Shown here piece by piece: positions 43,321 to 53,329 of a stretch of 64,000 nucleotides of DNA. This stretch comes from an uncultured euryarchaeote (GTDB taxonomy: Archaea; Thermoplasmatota; Poseidoniia; Poseidoniales; Poseidoniaceae). Made by a program: the position numbers and the translations under genes. Location: the NCBI GenBank assembly GCA_964001175.1, contig CAXFAS010000003.1:46335-110334 (forward strand), written 5' to 3'. The first letter of the stretch is position 1; every line of letters begins with the position of its first letter. Under the pieces are notes generated by a model that was not told the DNA's origin, ran no database searches, and worked only from the letters and a program-made list of their open reading frames with translations.

Positions 43321-44520
43321 ATGAGTGACTACCTCAATAGAATCGGTGCAGGATTTATCATTGATAACAATGAAGTTCTGGACTTTGATTTTGTCCCTAA
43401 TGTCATCGTTGGAAGAGAAGATATTCAACGCGAATTAGCAAATAAGTTCTCTTCAATAGGCGATTTAAATTCCAGTTGTCGTGCAATAATTACCGGCCCT
43501 GTTGGAAGTGGAAAAACAGTCCTAGTCAAAACATTCTGTAGAGATTTACAAAATCATCTCGCCAACAAAAGAGAAATTCTAGTCTCCCATGTTAATTGTC
43601 GTAATGCTTCTACAAGTACTAGAGTCGTTCAAAGAATACTACATGAAATTGACCCAGGTCATCCTGATAGAGGTCTTTCAATGGGAGAATTATTACTCAG
43701 TTTAAGAAAATTAGTTCGTAGAAACTCTTCTCACTTAATCGTAGTTCTTGATGAAGTCGACCATATGCTTAGAAAATCCGGTGATGATTTGTTATATCAA
43801 CTCCTTCGAATAGATGAAGATCAACAAGGAAAAGGAACATTATCTCTAATTTTAATTAGCCAAGAGCAAGTTCTAGATGTTCTAGAAACTGCAGTGATTT
43901 CAAGAATGGGGAAAACTAATCTTTTACCAATACCACCGTATAATTATGATGGATTGATTAAAATCGCTGAACAGAGAGCAGAAATGGCTCTACATGAAGG
44001 AACTTATACCAAGGACATTATTTGTTTGATTGCTGATAAGGCAGTCCCTAGTGGAGATGCAAGATTAGTTATTGAGTTAATCAAAGCAGCAGCAGAAGCA
44101 AGTGAATTTAGACAAGATGCTCATACTGAAAGAGTCATCACCATCAACGATGTTCACTCACAGGACAAGATTCTCGCTGTCGAAATGATTAGTGAAATTG
44201 AAACTGTTGACGATTTAAAGCCGCATGCTATGCTTGTTCTTCTTAGCATCTGTCGAAGATTAAGGAAAAAAGAAACTATGACAACTGGTGATGTGGAAAG
44301 TTTGTATGAGGTGGTTTGTGAAGAATATGAACAAGAAATGAAGAGCCATACAACTATTTGGAAATATCTTAAGGAATTAGAAAATCGTCAAATCATTGTT
44401 TCAAGGATAGATACCATCGGTGGCGGTAGAGGGAGAACTACTCATCTTAGTATGCCGCATTTTTTACCAACAGACATTGCTAATCGGGTAGAAATGTTGC
44501 TAAAAAAACGACTGAAATGA
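43321..44520 (+). CDS. cdc6: Orc1/Cdc6 replication initiator
   Basis: LDFDFVP...GRE, GPVGSGKT, HVNC, LDEVD, GDAR, C-terminal wHTH GRGRT; start reset to MSDY. Confidence 0.93.
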   Translation: MSDYLNRIGAGFIIDNNEVLDFDFVPNVIVGREDIQRELANKFSSIGDLNSSCRAIITGPVGSGKTVLVKTFCRDLQNHLANKREILVSHVNCRNASTSTRVVQRILHEIDPGHPDRGLSMGELLLSLRKLVRRNSSHLIVVLDEVDHMLRKSGDDLLYQLLRIDEDQQGKGTLSLILISQEQVLDVLETAVISRMGKTNLLPIPPYNYDGLIKIAEQRAEMALHEGTYTKDIICLIADKAVPSGDARLVIELIKAAAEASEFRQDAHTERVITINDVHSQDKILAVEMISEIETVDDLKPHAMLVLLSICRRLRKKETMTTGDVESLYEVVCEEYEQEMKSHTTIWKYLKELENRQIIVSRIDTIGGGRGRTTHLSMPHFLPTDIANRVEMLLKKRLK

Positions 44521-44596
44521 TTTTTTAATGGCTTCAAACCATGCGGTGAGGCTAAATACGGGTCGATGTTCGGCAAGGTGTCTTAGAGTGATTACT

Positions 44597-45088
44597 ATGG
44601 CTGTCGGTCAACAAGGAGAATTCGTAGCTGTCGTTAACGACACAAACCCAAAGAGTAGCGGTAAAGCCTACTCATTGAAGATTTCTGGTAACAACCATTC
44701 ACAATTACTAGGTAAGAAAATTGGAGATGTCATAGATGGGATTTTCGTTGGAGAAGGAGAACAAACTCTTTCCGGATACAAATTACAAATTACAGGCGGC
44801 TCTGATAAAACTGGAACACCACTAAGAAGAGATCTCGATGGTGGGTCAAGACAAGCAGTTCTAGTAACACGTTCAACTGGATTTAAAGGCCATAACTTGG
44901 TATTCAAAACCAAAAGTGGAGAAAAGAAAAGATTCAGATACAAACCTGATGGACTAAGAAAGAGAAGAAACTTTAGAGGAAATACAATTAATCAAGATAC
45001 TAGACAGATCAATCTAAAGGTTGTCGAATCTGGAAAAAAATCCTTGAGTGACATTCTTACTTCACCAAGTGAGGAAGCATCGGAGTGA
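44597..45088 (+). CDS. rps6e: 30S ribosomal protein S6e
   Basis: LLGKKIGD, LQITGGSDKTG, RKRRNFRGN, QINLK. Confidence 0.95.
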   Translation: MAVGQQGEFVAVVNDTNPKSSGKAYSLKISGNNHSQLLGKKIGDVIDGIFVGEGEQTLSGYKLQITGGSDKTGTPLRRDLDGGSRQAVLVTRSTGFKGHNLVFKTKSGEKKRFRYKPDGLRKRRNFRGNTINQDTRQINLKVVESGKKSLSDILTSPSEEASE

Positions 45089-45126
45089 ATCCCGAGAGGG
45101 TTATCGTAAATTAGAGGAGGGAGCAA

Positions 45127-46365
45127 ATGTCAAGAAAGCTTCCTTCACAACCTACTGTCAACATAGGGCTTGTTGGTCATGTTGACCATGGAAAAACCAC
45201 TCTTACCAAGGCCCTATCTGGAATTTGGACTGATACACACTCTGAAGAAAGAAAACGTGGTATTTCTATCAAATTAGGATATGCAGATACTGCATTTTAC
45301 AAAACTAAAGATGGTACTTTCTATCCTTCAGGAAGGCACCCTGAAGGAAAAGAAGATTCTGAAAAAGAATTACAAAGAGTTGTTTCTTTTGTTGATGCAC
45401 CAGGTCACGAGACTCTGATGGCAATTATGATCACAGGCGCTTCTATTATGGATGGAGCCCTGCTAATGGTCGCCGCTAATGAGCAGTGTCCACAACCTCA
45501 AACTAGAGAACATCTTATGGCTCTAAATATATCTGGAATTAAGAATATTATTGTAGTTCAAAATAAGATTGACCTTGTAACAAAGGAAAGAGCGGTTGAA
45601 TCATATAATGAAATTAAACAATTTCTAAAAGGGACTGTTGCAGAAGATTCACCTGTTATTCCGGTTTCAGCCCACCATGATGTTAATCTAGATGTTCTAA
45701 TCGATGCTATTGAGACAACTATCCCTACCCCCGATAGAAGTGAAGATTCTCGAGCAATAATGCATATTGCACGTTCTTTTGACATAAACAGACCAGGAAC
45801 AAGACCTACAAAGATGCGTGGAGGAGTTATTGGTGGCAGTATAGTTGAAGGCGAATTCAAAATAGGGGATGAAATCGAAATCGGTCCTGGAAGAAAGATC
45901 GAAAAGGGCTCAAAGACACATTGGGAACCTATTTCAGCAACGGTTAGTAGTATGCAAGGCGGTGGAAATAATCTAGAATTAATGCATGCTGGAGGGCTCT
46001 GTGGAATGGCAACTGAACTAGACCCATCAATTACTACATCTGATAATTTATCCGGTCAAGTAGTGGCTTTGAAGGGAAATCTTCCTGAAGTTCGCTCAAA
46101 AATTAGTATTTCAGTTGATCTAATGGAACATATGGTTGGCGGAGATGGAAGTAATGCAGATAAAATTCATCCACTAAGGAATAACGAGATGTTGATGATT
46201 AATGTCGCTACTGCTACTTCTGTTGGTATTACTAGAAATGCTGAAAAGAAAAAAACTAATCTAGAATTAAGATTACCAATATGTGTAGACCCAGGGCAAA
46301 GAGTTTCTCTTTCTCGCAGAATTGGCTCTAGATGGCGACTGATAGGCTATGGTATAATCCAGTAG
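45127..46365 (+). CDS. eif2g: Translation initiation factor aIF-2 gamma
   Basis: GHVDHGKT, RGISIKLGY, DAPGH, QNKID, WRLIGYG. Confidence 0.97.
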   Translation: MSRKLPSQPTVNIGLVGHVDHGKTTLTKALSGIWTDTHSEERKRGISIKLGYADTAFYKTKDGTFYPSGRHPEGKEDSEKELQRVVSFVDAPGHETLMAIMITGASIMDGALLMVAANEQCPQPQTREHLMALNISGIKNIIVVQNKIDLVTKERAVESYNEIKQFLKGTVAEDSPVIPVSAHHDVNLDVLIDAIETTIPTPDRSEDSRAIMHIARSFDINRPGTRPTKMRGGVIGGSIVEGEFKIGDEIEIGPGRKIEKGSKTHWEPISATVSSMQGGGNNLELMHAGGLCGMATELDPSITTSDNLSGQVVALKGNLPEVRSKISISVDLMEHMVGGDGSNADKIHPLRNNEMLMINVATATSVGITRNAEKKKTNLELRLPICVDPGQRVSLSRRIGSRWRLIGYGIIQ

Positions 46366-46375
46366 AGGATTTTTT

Positions 46376-46756
46376 ATGTCTCAAAGCATTATTGTAGATG
46401 CTTGTGGATGGGTTGCAGTAATTGATTCGGGAATAAATATTGATCTAGAATTAGAAAAAATATTTGGATCATTTGAATTAATCTTATTAGAATCTGTATT
46501 AGATGAATTAAAAGAAATTGAAAATGATAGGCCAAAAAGAAAGACATTATTGATTTCAATGCTGGAAAGTAAATCTATATTCATAGAAAATAGTGAATTC
46601 ACACATACTGATGATCAAATATATTCAATCTCAGAACAATCTGATTATGCGGTACTAACAGTAGATAAAGAATTAAAAAAGCGTCTCTACAAATCCTCAA
46701 TTAAAGTAATTGAGGTAAATAAAAATAATCATCTAAATATTATTGAAAATCTATAG
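46376..46756 (+). CDS. PIN-domain protein (Utp24/Fcf1-like)
   Basis: IIVD, VLDEL, TDD, LTVDKELK; usual position after aIF2-gamma. Confidence 0.85.
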   Translation: MSQSIIVDACGWVAVIDSGINIDLELEKIFGSFELILLESVLDELKEIENDRPKRKTLLISMLESKSIFIENSEFTHTDDQIYSISEQSDYAVLTVDKELKKRLYKSSIKVIEVNKNNHLNIIENL

Positions 46757-46759
46757 AAG

Positions 46760-47059
46760 TTATGGTAGAGTGAATAAAACATCATCTCCATGACCGTCTA
46801 AAAATCCTAATTTAACACCAGCATCGATCCATGCATGGGCATAATTAATTGCTCCAAAAGCCCTTACTAAATCTCCCTTGTTTAGAAAATGACGAGCATC
46901 ATAAGCATAGTCATCAGCCATTCTTAGTAAAATAACTAATTTATCAGCATCCAGAGTATCTTTTTCTACTAAAGGAGTAGCCTTTTTCCTCGCTCTATCT
47001 GTAATATCAAGATATTTCTCAACCCTTTCTTGAGTTACTTTCTCTAAATCTTCACTCAT
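46760..47059 (-). CDS. DUF357 family protein
   Basis: YAYDARHFLNKGDLVRAFGAINYAHAWIDAG. Confidence 0.9.
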   Translation of the reverse strand: MSEDLEKVTQERVEKYLDITDRARKKATPLVEKDTLDADKLVILLRMADDYAYDARHFLNKGDLVRAFGAINYAHAWIDAGVKLGFLDGHGDDVLFTLP

Positions 47060-48102
47060 TCTCCATCCTCCTTTTGTCTCTTTAATAGACGCCTTACATC
47101 TTCACTTCTACCTAGAGACTGGTATAATTCAACAGCAAGAGACAGCCTTCCTTCATCTTCTGCGTTTTGGGCTCTTTGGAATATTGCCTTTCTATCATCC
47201 CAATTCTTTGCTAGAGCAGCATCTGCTGCAGCCTTATACCTACTTTCTCTTTCTGATTGAGCTAAATGAGGAGCAGTCCAAAATCGTACCAATCCTTGTC
47301 TAGTTGCTGAGACCATTGAATCTGCAGTTAAGGCTTCAAGCATATCGCCTAAATTCATGCCCCTACCTAATTCTGTAACTTCTTTTTGCTGACTACTTGA
47401 AATATGAATTAAATGTCCCTCAATTCCCAATACCCACCAACCATCTCCGCATCTTATACCTTCCATTGGCTCTAAAGAATCTGATTGTAATCGTTCTATA
47501 TTATCCCATCCAAATGGGTGAGGGATTCCTTCCCAAATCTCTCCATTACTTGATTGAAGTAGTAATCTTCCTGCTGAAATATTTGTCACCCAACTCCATA
47601 TCCTTTCTTCAAGTATACGCTTTTGATATTTTTGAGCGAGTTTACCACAACATAATTTTCCATCGCTCGACTGCCATAGTAAATGTTCTCTGTCTAACCA
47701 TCCAACTAGTCTGCGAACTTTACCGCTATCAAAACGGCGGATACCTTTGCCTTCATGAGTGAAAAGGTGTAATTGACCTTCTCTTCCAGATAAAATCCAT
47801 CCTCCTCCAGGCCTTGATGAAATATCAGTAAATCCTCCAAATGTTGATCTACCTTCATGAATCATACTCCCATCTATTGTTGATATTACGTAAAATCCAT
47901 GAGCTGCTAGTACTGCTAAAACTCCGTTATTTGCATCCATGGCATGGACTTTAAATGGCATATCTATCTTCCAACGGACTTCACCATTAGATTCAATTAA
48001 GACTAATTCAAGTCCACTGCTAATAGCAACTCCACCTTCAACTGAAGCAATACAAGCGATTCTAGTTGGTGCTTGCCAAGACCAAGAAATAGTCCAAGTC
48101 AT
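47056..48102 (-). CDS. Beta-propeller (WD40/PQQ-like) protein with C-terminal TPR-like helices
   Basis: NGEVRWK, GREGQLHLF, TRQGLVRFW; AQNAEDEGRLSLAVELYQSLG. Confidence 0.65.
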   Translation of the reverse strand: MTWTISWSWQAPTRIACIASVEGGVAISSGLELVLIESNGEVRWKIDMPFKVHAMDANNGVLAVLAAHGFYVISTIDGSMIHEGRSTFGGFTDISSRPGGGWILSGREGQLHLFTHEGKGIRRFDSGKVRRLVGWLDREHLLWQSSDGKLCCGKLAQKYQKRILEERIWSWVTNISAGRLLLQSSNGEIWEGIPHPFGWDNIERLQSDSLEPMEGIRCGDGWWVLGIEGHLIHISSSQQKEVTELGRGMNLGDMLEALTADSMVSATRQGLVRFWTAPHLAQSERESRYKAAADAALAKNWDDRKAIFQRAQNAEDEGRLSLAVELYQSLGRSEDVRRLLKRQKEDGE

Positions 48103-49922
48103 TACTCAACACCTCCAATCAATCCCCATGCAGTCAATTGAGCTCTAGCAGCTTGTGTTAATTGGAAGTAACGACTACGTCCAACTGTTCGAACATTCAA
48201 AATACCAGATTTCAATAACCTATTGCTGATTTGAGATAATCTTGGCCTTTTTATTTTTAATTCATTCAGTATCTCCTTGTCAGAAGGTGAATATCTCCTC
48301 TGTTGGGCAATTGAAACTACATAAGATTCGCTATTTGAAAGAGAGGATAGAACGAGAGGGTTCAATGTGAAATCTTGCTTTTCACCTTGCTTTTCTCTAC
48401 GCATTTTAGATAATGCTTCAGCTAATCTATTAGTATTTGAGGAACCTGAATCTGAAGACACATTGGTTATCAATAAATCATGTAATGCCTTGATTAGCGG
48501 AGATAGTTGGTCGTAATTATGATTTTGAGAATTATCTATTTCATTAATTTGATCTAGTTCTTGATATTCATTTACTATCTCACCCAAATCTAATGATTGT
48601 TCTGAATCAAATTCAGGTAGTCCTATCTCATCATGAATCAATGCTGCAGAATCTTCTTCTGAATAATCCGTTTCAATCATTGGTGGTTCGATTAAATCTT
48701 TAGAAACCCATAACTCTGCGCCTTTAGATTGATCATCTTTTACCATTTCTCTGGGGCCATCATCTGCTTCTGCAGAGAAATCTCTTGTTCTACCGAGTAA
48801 AGCGTTGAATGTACCAGCATTAATTGAAGGTCTAGGATTAGAATCTACAATTATTATTTCTTCATTATCAGGTGTTGCTGAAAATGTGAATTCTTCTATT
48901 GGTTGATCTTCTAACTTAGAATCCGATAATTCTTCTAAATCAAGATCAAAACCAAAAATATCTGATACCTCTACCGATGGAATACTATTATCGTTAACTG
49001 GTTCCCTTTGTTGCCAAGGTATTGAAGCGTCAATAATATCAGCATCTAATTCATCTAATTGAACCTCTTGTATTTCTTCAGGTAAATGATTGATACTAGA
49101 CTCATGTATAATTTCATCCTCTTGTTCGGACTTATAATTACTATTGATTAAATCATATTCTGTTTTATAATTCTGCTCTGATGGATTTGAATGTATGGAT
49201 TGATCTATTGAATCTCGCATATAGCGAATCACTTCTGATGGTTTACCTCCACTAATTGAATGTATATTTTGTGCGTCTTCTGATGATAGTTTAAACTCTT
49301 TAGAAGTTACAGAAGAAACTCTTTTCTCGACTAAAACTTTAACTTCATCTACTGATAATGGCTCAAGTGTTTCAATACTGGCGAAACTGTGTAAGATACT
49401 ATCCGGTAAATTACTACGCTGTTTAGGTTCAATTACTACAACAATAACAGCTTGTAATCTTTCTAATGAGGGTAATGCGTCACGCAATGCAACAGTCATC
49501 ACCGATGTCTCCACTGTCGGCATATCGATTACTATCAACGGAATCTTTGATTCATAGGTCCTAGATGCTTCAACAATTTTGTGAACTAATTCATTCCTAC
49601 TTTTTGGAATATTATAATCAATTAGTTCAGAGTATAAATTTTCAAGAAGACTATGGGCTGGATTAGATGCTGAGATATGATCAATGTGGACATAAACAGG
49701 GGCTTCGCTAGCCGAACAGCGAAGTAAGGAAGTTCTACCAGAACCCATTTCTCCAACTAATAATAATCTACGGTTAGATCTAAAATTAATATGTCTAGAA
49801 ATCCTCCCTCTAATATCTAAACGACCTACGTAAAGGGATTTTTGACCTGTTTCCAATGGACTGGTTGAAAATGGATTACCTCTCAATACAGGAAAATCAA
49901 TCTGTAACCCCTTCACTCGCAT
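48102..49922 (-). CDS. Degenerate AAA+/STAND-like P-loop protein with acidic linker and C-terminal winged helix
   Basis: NPF, YVGR, LLVGEMGSGRTS, LIVIDMP, LEPLS, SGGKP; LSQISNRLLKSGIL...GRSRYFQLT. Confidence 0.75.
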   Translation of the reverse strand: MRVKGLQIDFPVLRGNPFSTSPLETGQKSLYVGRLDIRGRISRHINFRSNRRLLLVGEMGSGRTSLLRCSASEAPVYVHIDHISASNPAHSLLENLYSELIDYNIPKSRNELVHKIVEASRTYESKIPLIVIDMPTVETSVMTVALRDALPSLERLQAVIVVVIEPKQRSNLPDSILHSFASIETLEPLSVDEVKVLVEKRVSSVTSKEFKLSSEDAQNIHSISGGKPSEVIRYMRDSIDQSIHSNPSEQNYKTEYDLINSNYKSEQEDEIIHESSINHLPEEIQEVQLDELDADIIDASIPWQQREPVNDNSIPSVEVSDIFGFDLDLEELSDSKLEDQPIEEFTFSATPDNEEIIIVDSNPRPSINAGTFNALLGRTRDFSAEADDGPREMVKDDQSKGAELWVSKDLIEPPMIETDYSEEDSAALIHDEIGLPEFDSEQSLDLGEIVNEYQELDQINEIDNSQNHNYDQLSPLIKALHDLLITNVSSDSGSSNTNRLAEALSKMRREKQGEKQDFTLNPLVLSSLSNSESYVVSIAQQRRYSPSDKEILNELKIKRPRLSQISNRLLKSGILNVRTVGRSRYFQLTQAARAQLTAWGLIGGVE

Positions 49923-49973
49923 AACTCAGCAATTATGAATAGGTATTTGATGTTTCACCTGAAAATATGGTCC

Positions 49974-50083
49974 AAGACACCCGTTACTAAGCGTCAATCA
50001 AGAAGCGGTGGTGTCTTTGAGGGGTCGAATAACGAGTTGTTAACGCATTCTTAACGCGTTAGTTTTCCCGTTAATCCCGTTAA
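49974..50083. repeat. Phased TAACG/CGTTA array around the palindrome TAACGCGTTA, plus an 8-bp inverted repeat
   Basis: TAACG at 50030, 50041, 50052; CGTTA at 50057, 50069, 50078 and 49982; AAGACACC 49974-49981 / GGTGTCTT 50010-50017. Confidence 0.75.
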
Positions 50084-50155
50084 ATTTCAAATTTCCCAGA
50101 AATTATAACTCCCACCATAAATACTCAGTTGAGTCGATTTTAGACGATTACTTAA

Positions 50156-51490
50156 TTGCCCAAGTCACCTGCAGAACACTGGGGAGAACATTTGCCAGTA
50201 GAAAATAGTCGTTTGAGCGGTTTTTTCCGCCATAGCGTACAAGAAAGGCGTAATTTAGTGAAGAAATTGGCTGATTTAACCGATGAACAAGTCCAAGCAT
50301 TAGCTGCAAATGGTGAACTGGATGACGATTCAGCAGATAGAATGATTGAAAATGTTATTGGAACGATGTCTTTACCTGTAGGAATCGCAACTAACTTTGT
50401 TATCGATGGAAAGCATTACTTGATACCATTCTGCCTTGAAGAATCAAGTGTTGTAGCCGCAGCCTCTAATATGGCTAAACGTTGCTTGAAAATGGGCGGA
50501 TTTACTACACAAAATGATGCTCCGATGATGATTGGGCAATTACAAATCCTAGAATGCCCCGATATTGAACAATCACAATTAGCAATACACCAAGCCAAAG
50601 ATGAATTAATTGAACTTTGTAATAGTTTACCTTCGACTATGGTCAAGCTCGGAGGAGGCTGCAAGAGAATAGAAACAAGGATAGTCGAGTCACTCTCTGG
50701 TCCAATGCTGATTTTGCATATTATCGTAGACTGTAGAGACGCTATGGGAGCAAATGCAGTTAATACAATGGCAGAATTAATCGCTCCAGAAGTTGAAAGG
50801 CTAACCTTGGGCAGAGTTCATTTGAAGATCTTATCTAACCTTGCAGCCCATAGATTGGCTCGAGTAGAGGCCACATTTACGCCTGAAGAACTATCTAATG
50901 ACGGCACTAAAGAAAATGGCCATGAAATTATCAAAGGAATAATTGAAGCACATCATTTTGCTCTTGCTGACCCCTTTAGAGCCGTAACCCATAACAAGGG
51001 AGTAATGAATGCCATCAGTAGTGTTTCAGTAGCTTGTGGGCAGGACTGGAGAGCAATTGAAGCAGGCTGCCACTCCTGGGCTTCTTTTGCAAATGAGAAA
51101 TATTCCTCGATGACTGATTGGAAACTTGATGATGATGGCAATTTAGTTGGTAGCATAGAGACTCCAATGGCGGTCGGGATTGTTGGTGGAGCATCCAAAG
51201 TTCACCCCGTTGCAAAGACAAATATCGCAATACTTGGTGTTAAATCTGCAAGTGAATTGGCAGGAATAATTTGTGCCGCTGGTTTAGCACAGAATCTAGG
51301 AGCACTTAGAGCTCTTGCAACGAATGGAATTCAAGCGGGGCATATGAAGTTACATTCTAGGAATATGGCAGTTAGTGCAGGAGCAGTTGGCAAGGAAATA
51401 GAGTTAGTAGCAACTAAACTCCAGTCACATGTAGGACCAAAGACCCAAACCACAGTTCAAAAGATTCTAGAAGAGATAAGGAGTCAATAA
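50156..51490 (+). CDS. mvaA: Class II HMG-CoA reductase
   Basis: IENVIG, DAMGAN, ILSNL, THNKG, GHMKLH. Confidence 0.93.
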   Translation: MPKSPAEHWGEHLPVENSRLSGFFRHSVQERRNLVKKLADLTDEQVQALAANGELDDDSADRMIENVIGTMSLPVGIATNFVIDGKHYLIPFCLEESSVVAAASNMAKRCLKMGGFTTQNDAPMMIGQLQILECPDIEQSQLAIHQAKDELIELCNSLPSTMVKLGGGCKRIETRIVESLSGPMLILHIIVDCRDAMGANAVNTMAELIAPEVERLTLGRVHLKILSNLAAHRLARVEATFTPEELSNDGTKENGHEIIKGIIEAHHFALADPFRAVTHNKGVMNAISSVSVACGQDWRAIEAGCHSWASFANEKYSSMTDWKLDDDGNLVGSIETPMAVGIVGGASKVHPVAKTNIAILGVKSASELAGIICAAGLAQNLGALRALATNGIQAGHMKLHSRNMAVSAGAVGKEIELVATKLQSHVGPKTQTTVQKILEEIRSQ

Positions 51491-52096
51491 TTACTCTTCT
51501 TCGAAATTAAGTTTAGACTGGATCGAACCTTCTGATTGACCTTCTTCTTTCAGTACTTCTTTTCCAACTAGCCCATCTAAAAGACCAGTGTTTTGAACTT
51601 GTTCTCTAAACCACTGCCTAACCCTTTTCCTATCTGTATAAGGGCATCCAAATGATTCAGAAAATCTTCGAGTAGTTGTAAGACGTCTAGTATTTCCATC
51701 TTTTCTACGATCAATCATCCCGTATTGGGCAAGTTCTCGAACATAATCATATGCCTTTTGACCTAATAACTCAATCAATCTAGATTGAGCCATAGGCTGA
51801 TGATAAGCAATCAGAGAAGCGGCCTTAAGCAATTTTTTAGGAAGTTCCGTTTTTGCTTCTTTAGGAAGATGTTCTGCAATATCTGGTTTTACTTCTATTG
51901 CCCACCTATCTCCAACCTCAGCAATTTGTAAAGCCCCGCCTCTTCTTCTTTTGAGAGTTGAACGTAACGAATATAATGAGTCTAACATTTCATCTTCATC
52001 ATATCCTAAAGACTCGCTTAATTCGGAAACCGTCATAGATTTACCAGCACCAAATAAAGTTGCTTCTAAGAGTGTATCTATTTGTATTTCTGTAAT
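51491..52096 (-). CDS. scpB: Segregation/condensation protein ScpB (probable ATT start)
   Basis: LEATLF upstream of first ATG, IAYHQP, TTRRFSESFG; start position inferred. Confidence 0.88.
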   Translation of the reverse strand: MTEIQIDTLLEATLFGAGKSMTVSELSESLGYDEDEMLDSLYSLRSTLKRRRGGALQIAEVGDRWAIEVKPDIAEHLPKEAKTELPKKLLKAASLIAYHQPMAQSRLIELLGQKAYDYVRELAQYGMIDRRKDGNTRRLTTTRRFSESFGCPYTDRKRVRQWFREQVQNTGLLDGLVGKEVLKEEGQSEGSIQSKLNFEEE

Positions 52097-52108
52097 GTTA
52101 ACACTTCC

Positions 52109-53320
52109 TTACTCGACTAACCAATCATGCTTTTCGAAATCCTCATCGCCATCAGAAATCTCTACTTCTAGAACTTCTAATTGTTCTTCAAAATCTTGAG
52201 ATTCTAATTCTTCTTTGGCTTTTCTTTCGGCTTCTTCAATTATTCTGATTTTCTCTGCTCTCTTCTTGGCAAATTGTACAGAACCAGAATCCTCGGAATC
52301 TAATTCAATTCTAGATTTCTCATCCAGTTCTATTATTGCTTGTTGGACTTCTTGGAAATCATCTAACTCAGGCCATAAATCCTCTAAGAAAATTTCACCA
52401 TCGGGCACTTCATCTTGACTAATTGATGCAAAACCTCGGTGAGTTAAGAATAATCCAGCAATAAAAGATGTGACCTTTGCCTCATCTTGATACCCTTCAG
52501 GCACTACACCGTATAATTCTTCTAGGATAGTCCTAAGATGGCTCATTACCAAATCTACTGGTACCTTACTACTATTTATCTCAGCACAAGACCTTCTTAG
52601 TGCAGACCAGCATCTTCCGATATCTCCTTCAAGGTCTTCATTGTGCATTCTACTTCCAATATTTTCCAAATAGTCTTGTAGTTCTTCTTGATGTGCAATC
52701 CTATTTTCTTCTCTAAGTCTTAGTTCTTCAGCATCGTCAGCAGCGTCTTTGAAAGCGGAAAGTAATTCCCCTAAAGTAACTGGTCTACCTTCGTCTCTCC
52801 TCACTCTTTCTCCAAATAGTGAAGGGAGTAATTCATCTGCATCACCTTGAAGAATAGAATTAGTAAACATAAATGCTTCATCATCATAATCAGCTTCCCA
52901 TCCAAAATCAAACCCTTCATCCCATTCTTCCTCTTCATCATCTCTTTGAACTCTATCAAAAAGATCTACTGCCTGATGGTGAAGAACTTCCCATGAGAGG
53001 CGTATCAATCGCCCGCAAGCAGGTAAGTCAAGGTTTTTTGAGTTGTTTTTTACCCTCTGAGTGAAGAACTTCAGAAATTTGGAGAGGTCGATATTCCATG
53101 CATCTAGACCTTCTTCTCTCACCAAAGACAATACTAATGCTACTGAGCGATCGAATGGATCTGTTAATGATTGAAATTCAGCCTCTTCTGTTTCTGCAAT
53201 AGAGAGAATCCTGTCTCCGAATAATTGAGCTTCTGTATCTTCTTCTCCCGATTCTAGGAGTTGGTTTATGACATCTTGTCTAAGAAACCACTTGTCTAAT
53301 GCAGCCTGTTGTTCAGCCAA
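52109..53320 (-). CDS. scpA: Kleisin ScpA
   Basis: LDAWNIDL, RPVTLGELL, SFIAGLFL...ISQ; between smc and scpB. Confidence 0.88.
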   Translation of the reverse strand: MAEQQAALDKWFLRQDVINQLLESGEEDTEAQLFGDRILSIAETEEAEFQSLTDPFDRSVALVLSLVREEGLDAWNIDLSKFLKFFTQRVKNNSKNLDLPACGRLIRLSWEVLHHQAVDLFDRVQRDDEEEEWDEGFDFGWEADYDDEAFMFTNSILQGDADELLPSLFGERVRRDEGRPVTLGELLSAFKDAADDAEELRLREENRIAHQEELQDYLENIGSRMHNEDLEGDIGRCWSALRRSCAEINSSKVPVDLVMSHLRTILEELYGVVPEGYQDEAKVTSFIAGLFLTHRGFASISQDEVPDGEIFLEDLWPELDDFQEVQQAIIELDEKSRIELDSEDSGSVQFAKKRAEKIRIIEEAERKAKEELESQDFEEQLEVLEVEISDGDEDFEKHDWLVE

Positions 53321-53329
53321 ATTACCACC

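Noticed and set aside
44597..46756. PIN gene as a VapC toxin
   Set aside because: No antitoxin; the rps6e-aIF2gamma-PIN order is a conserved archaeal housekeeping cluster
50156..51490. Bacterial-type HMG-CoA reductase (and gyrase) in an archaeon
   Set aside because: Already established for Thermoplasmata and other euryarchaeal groups
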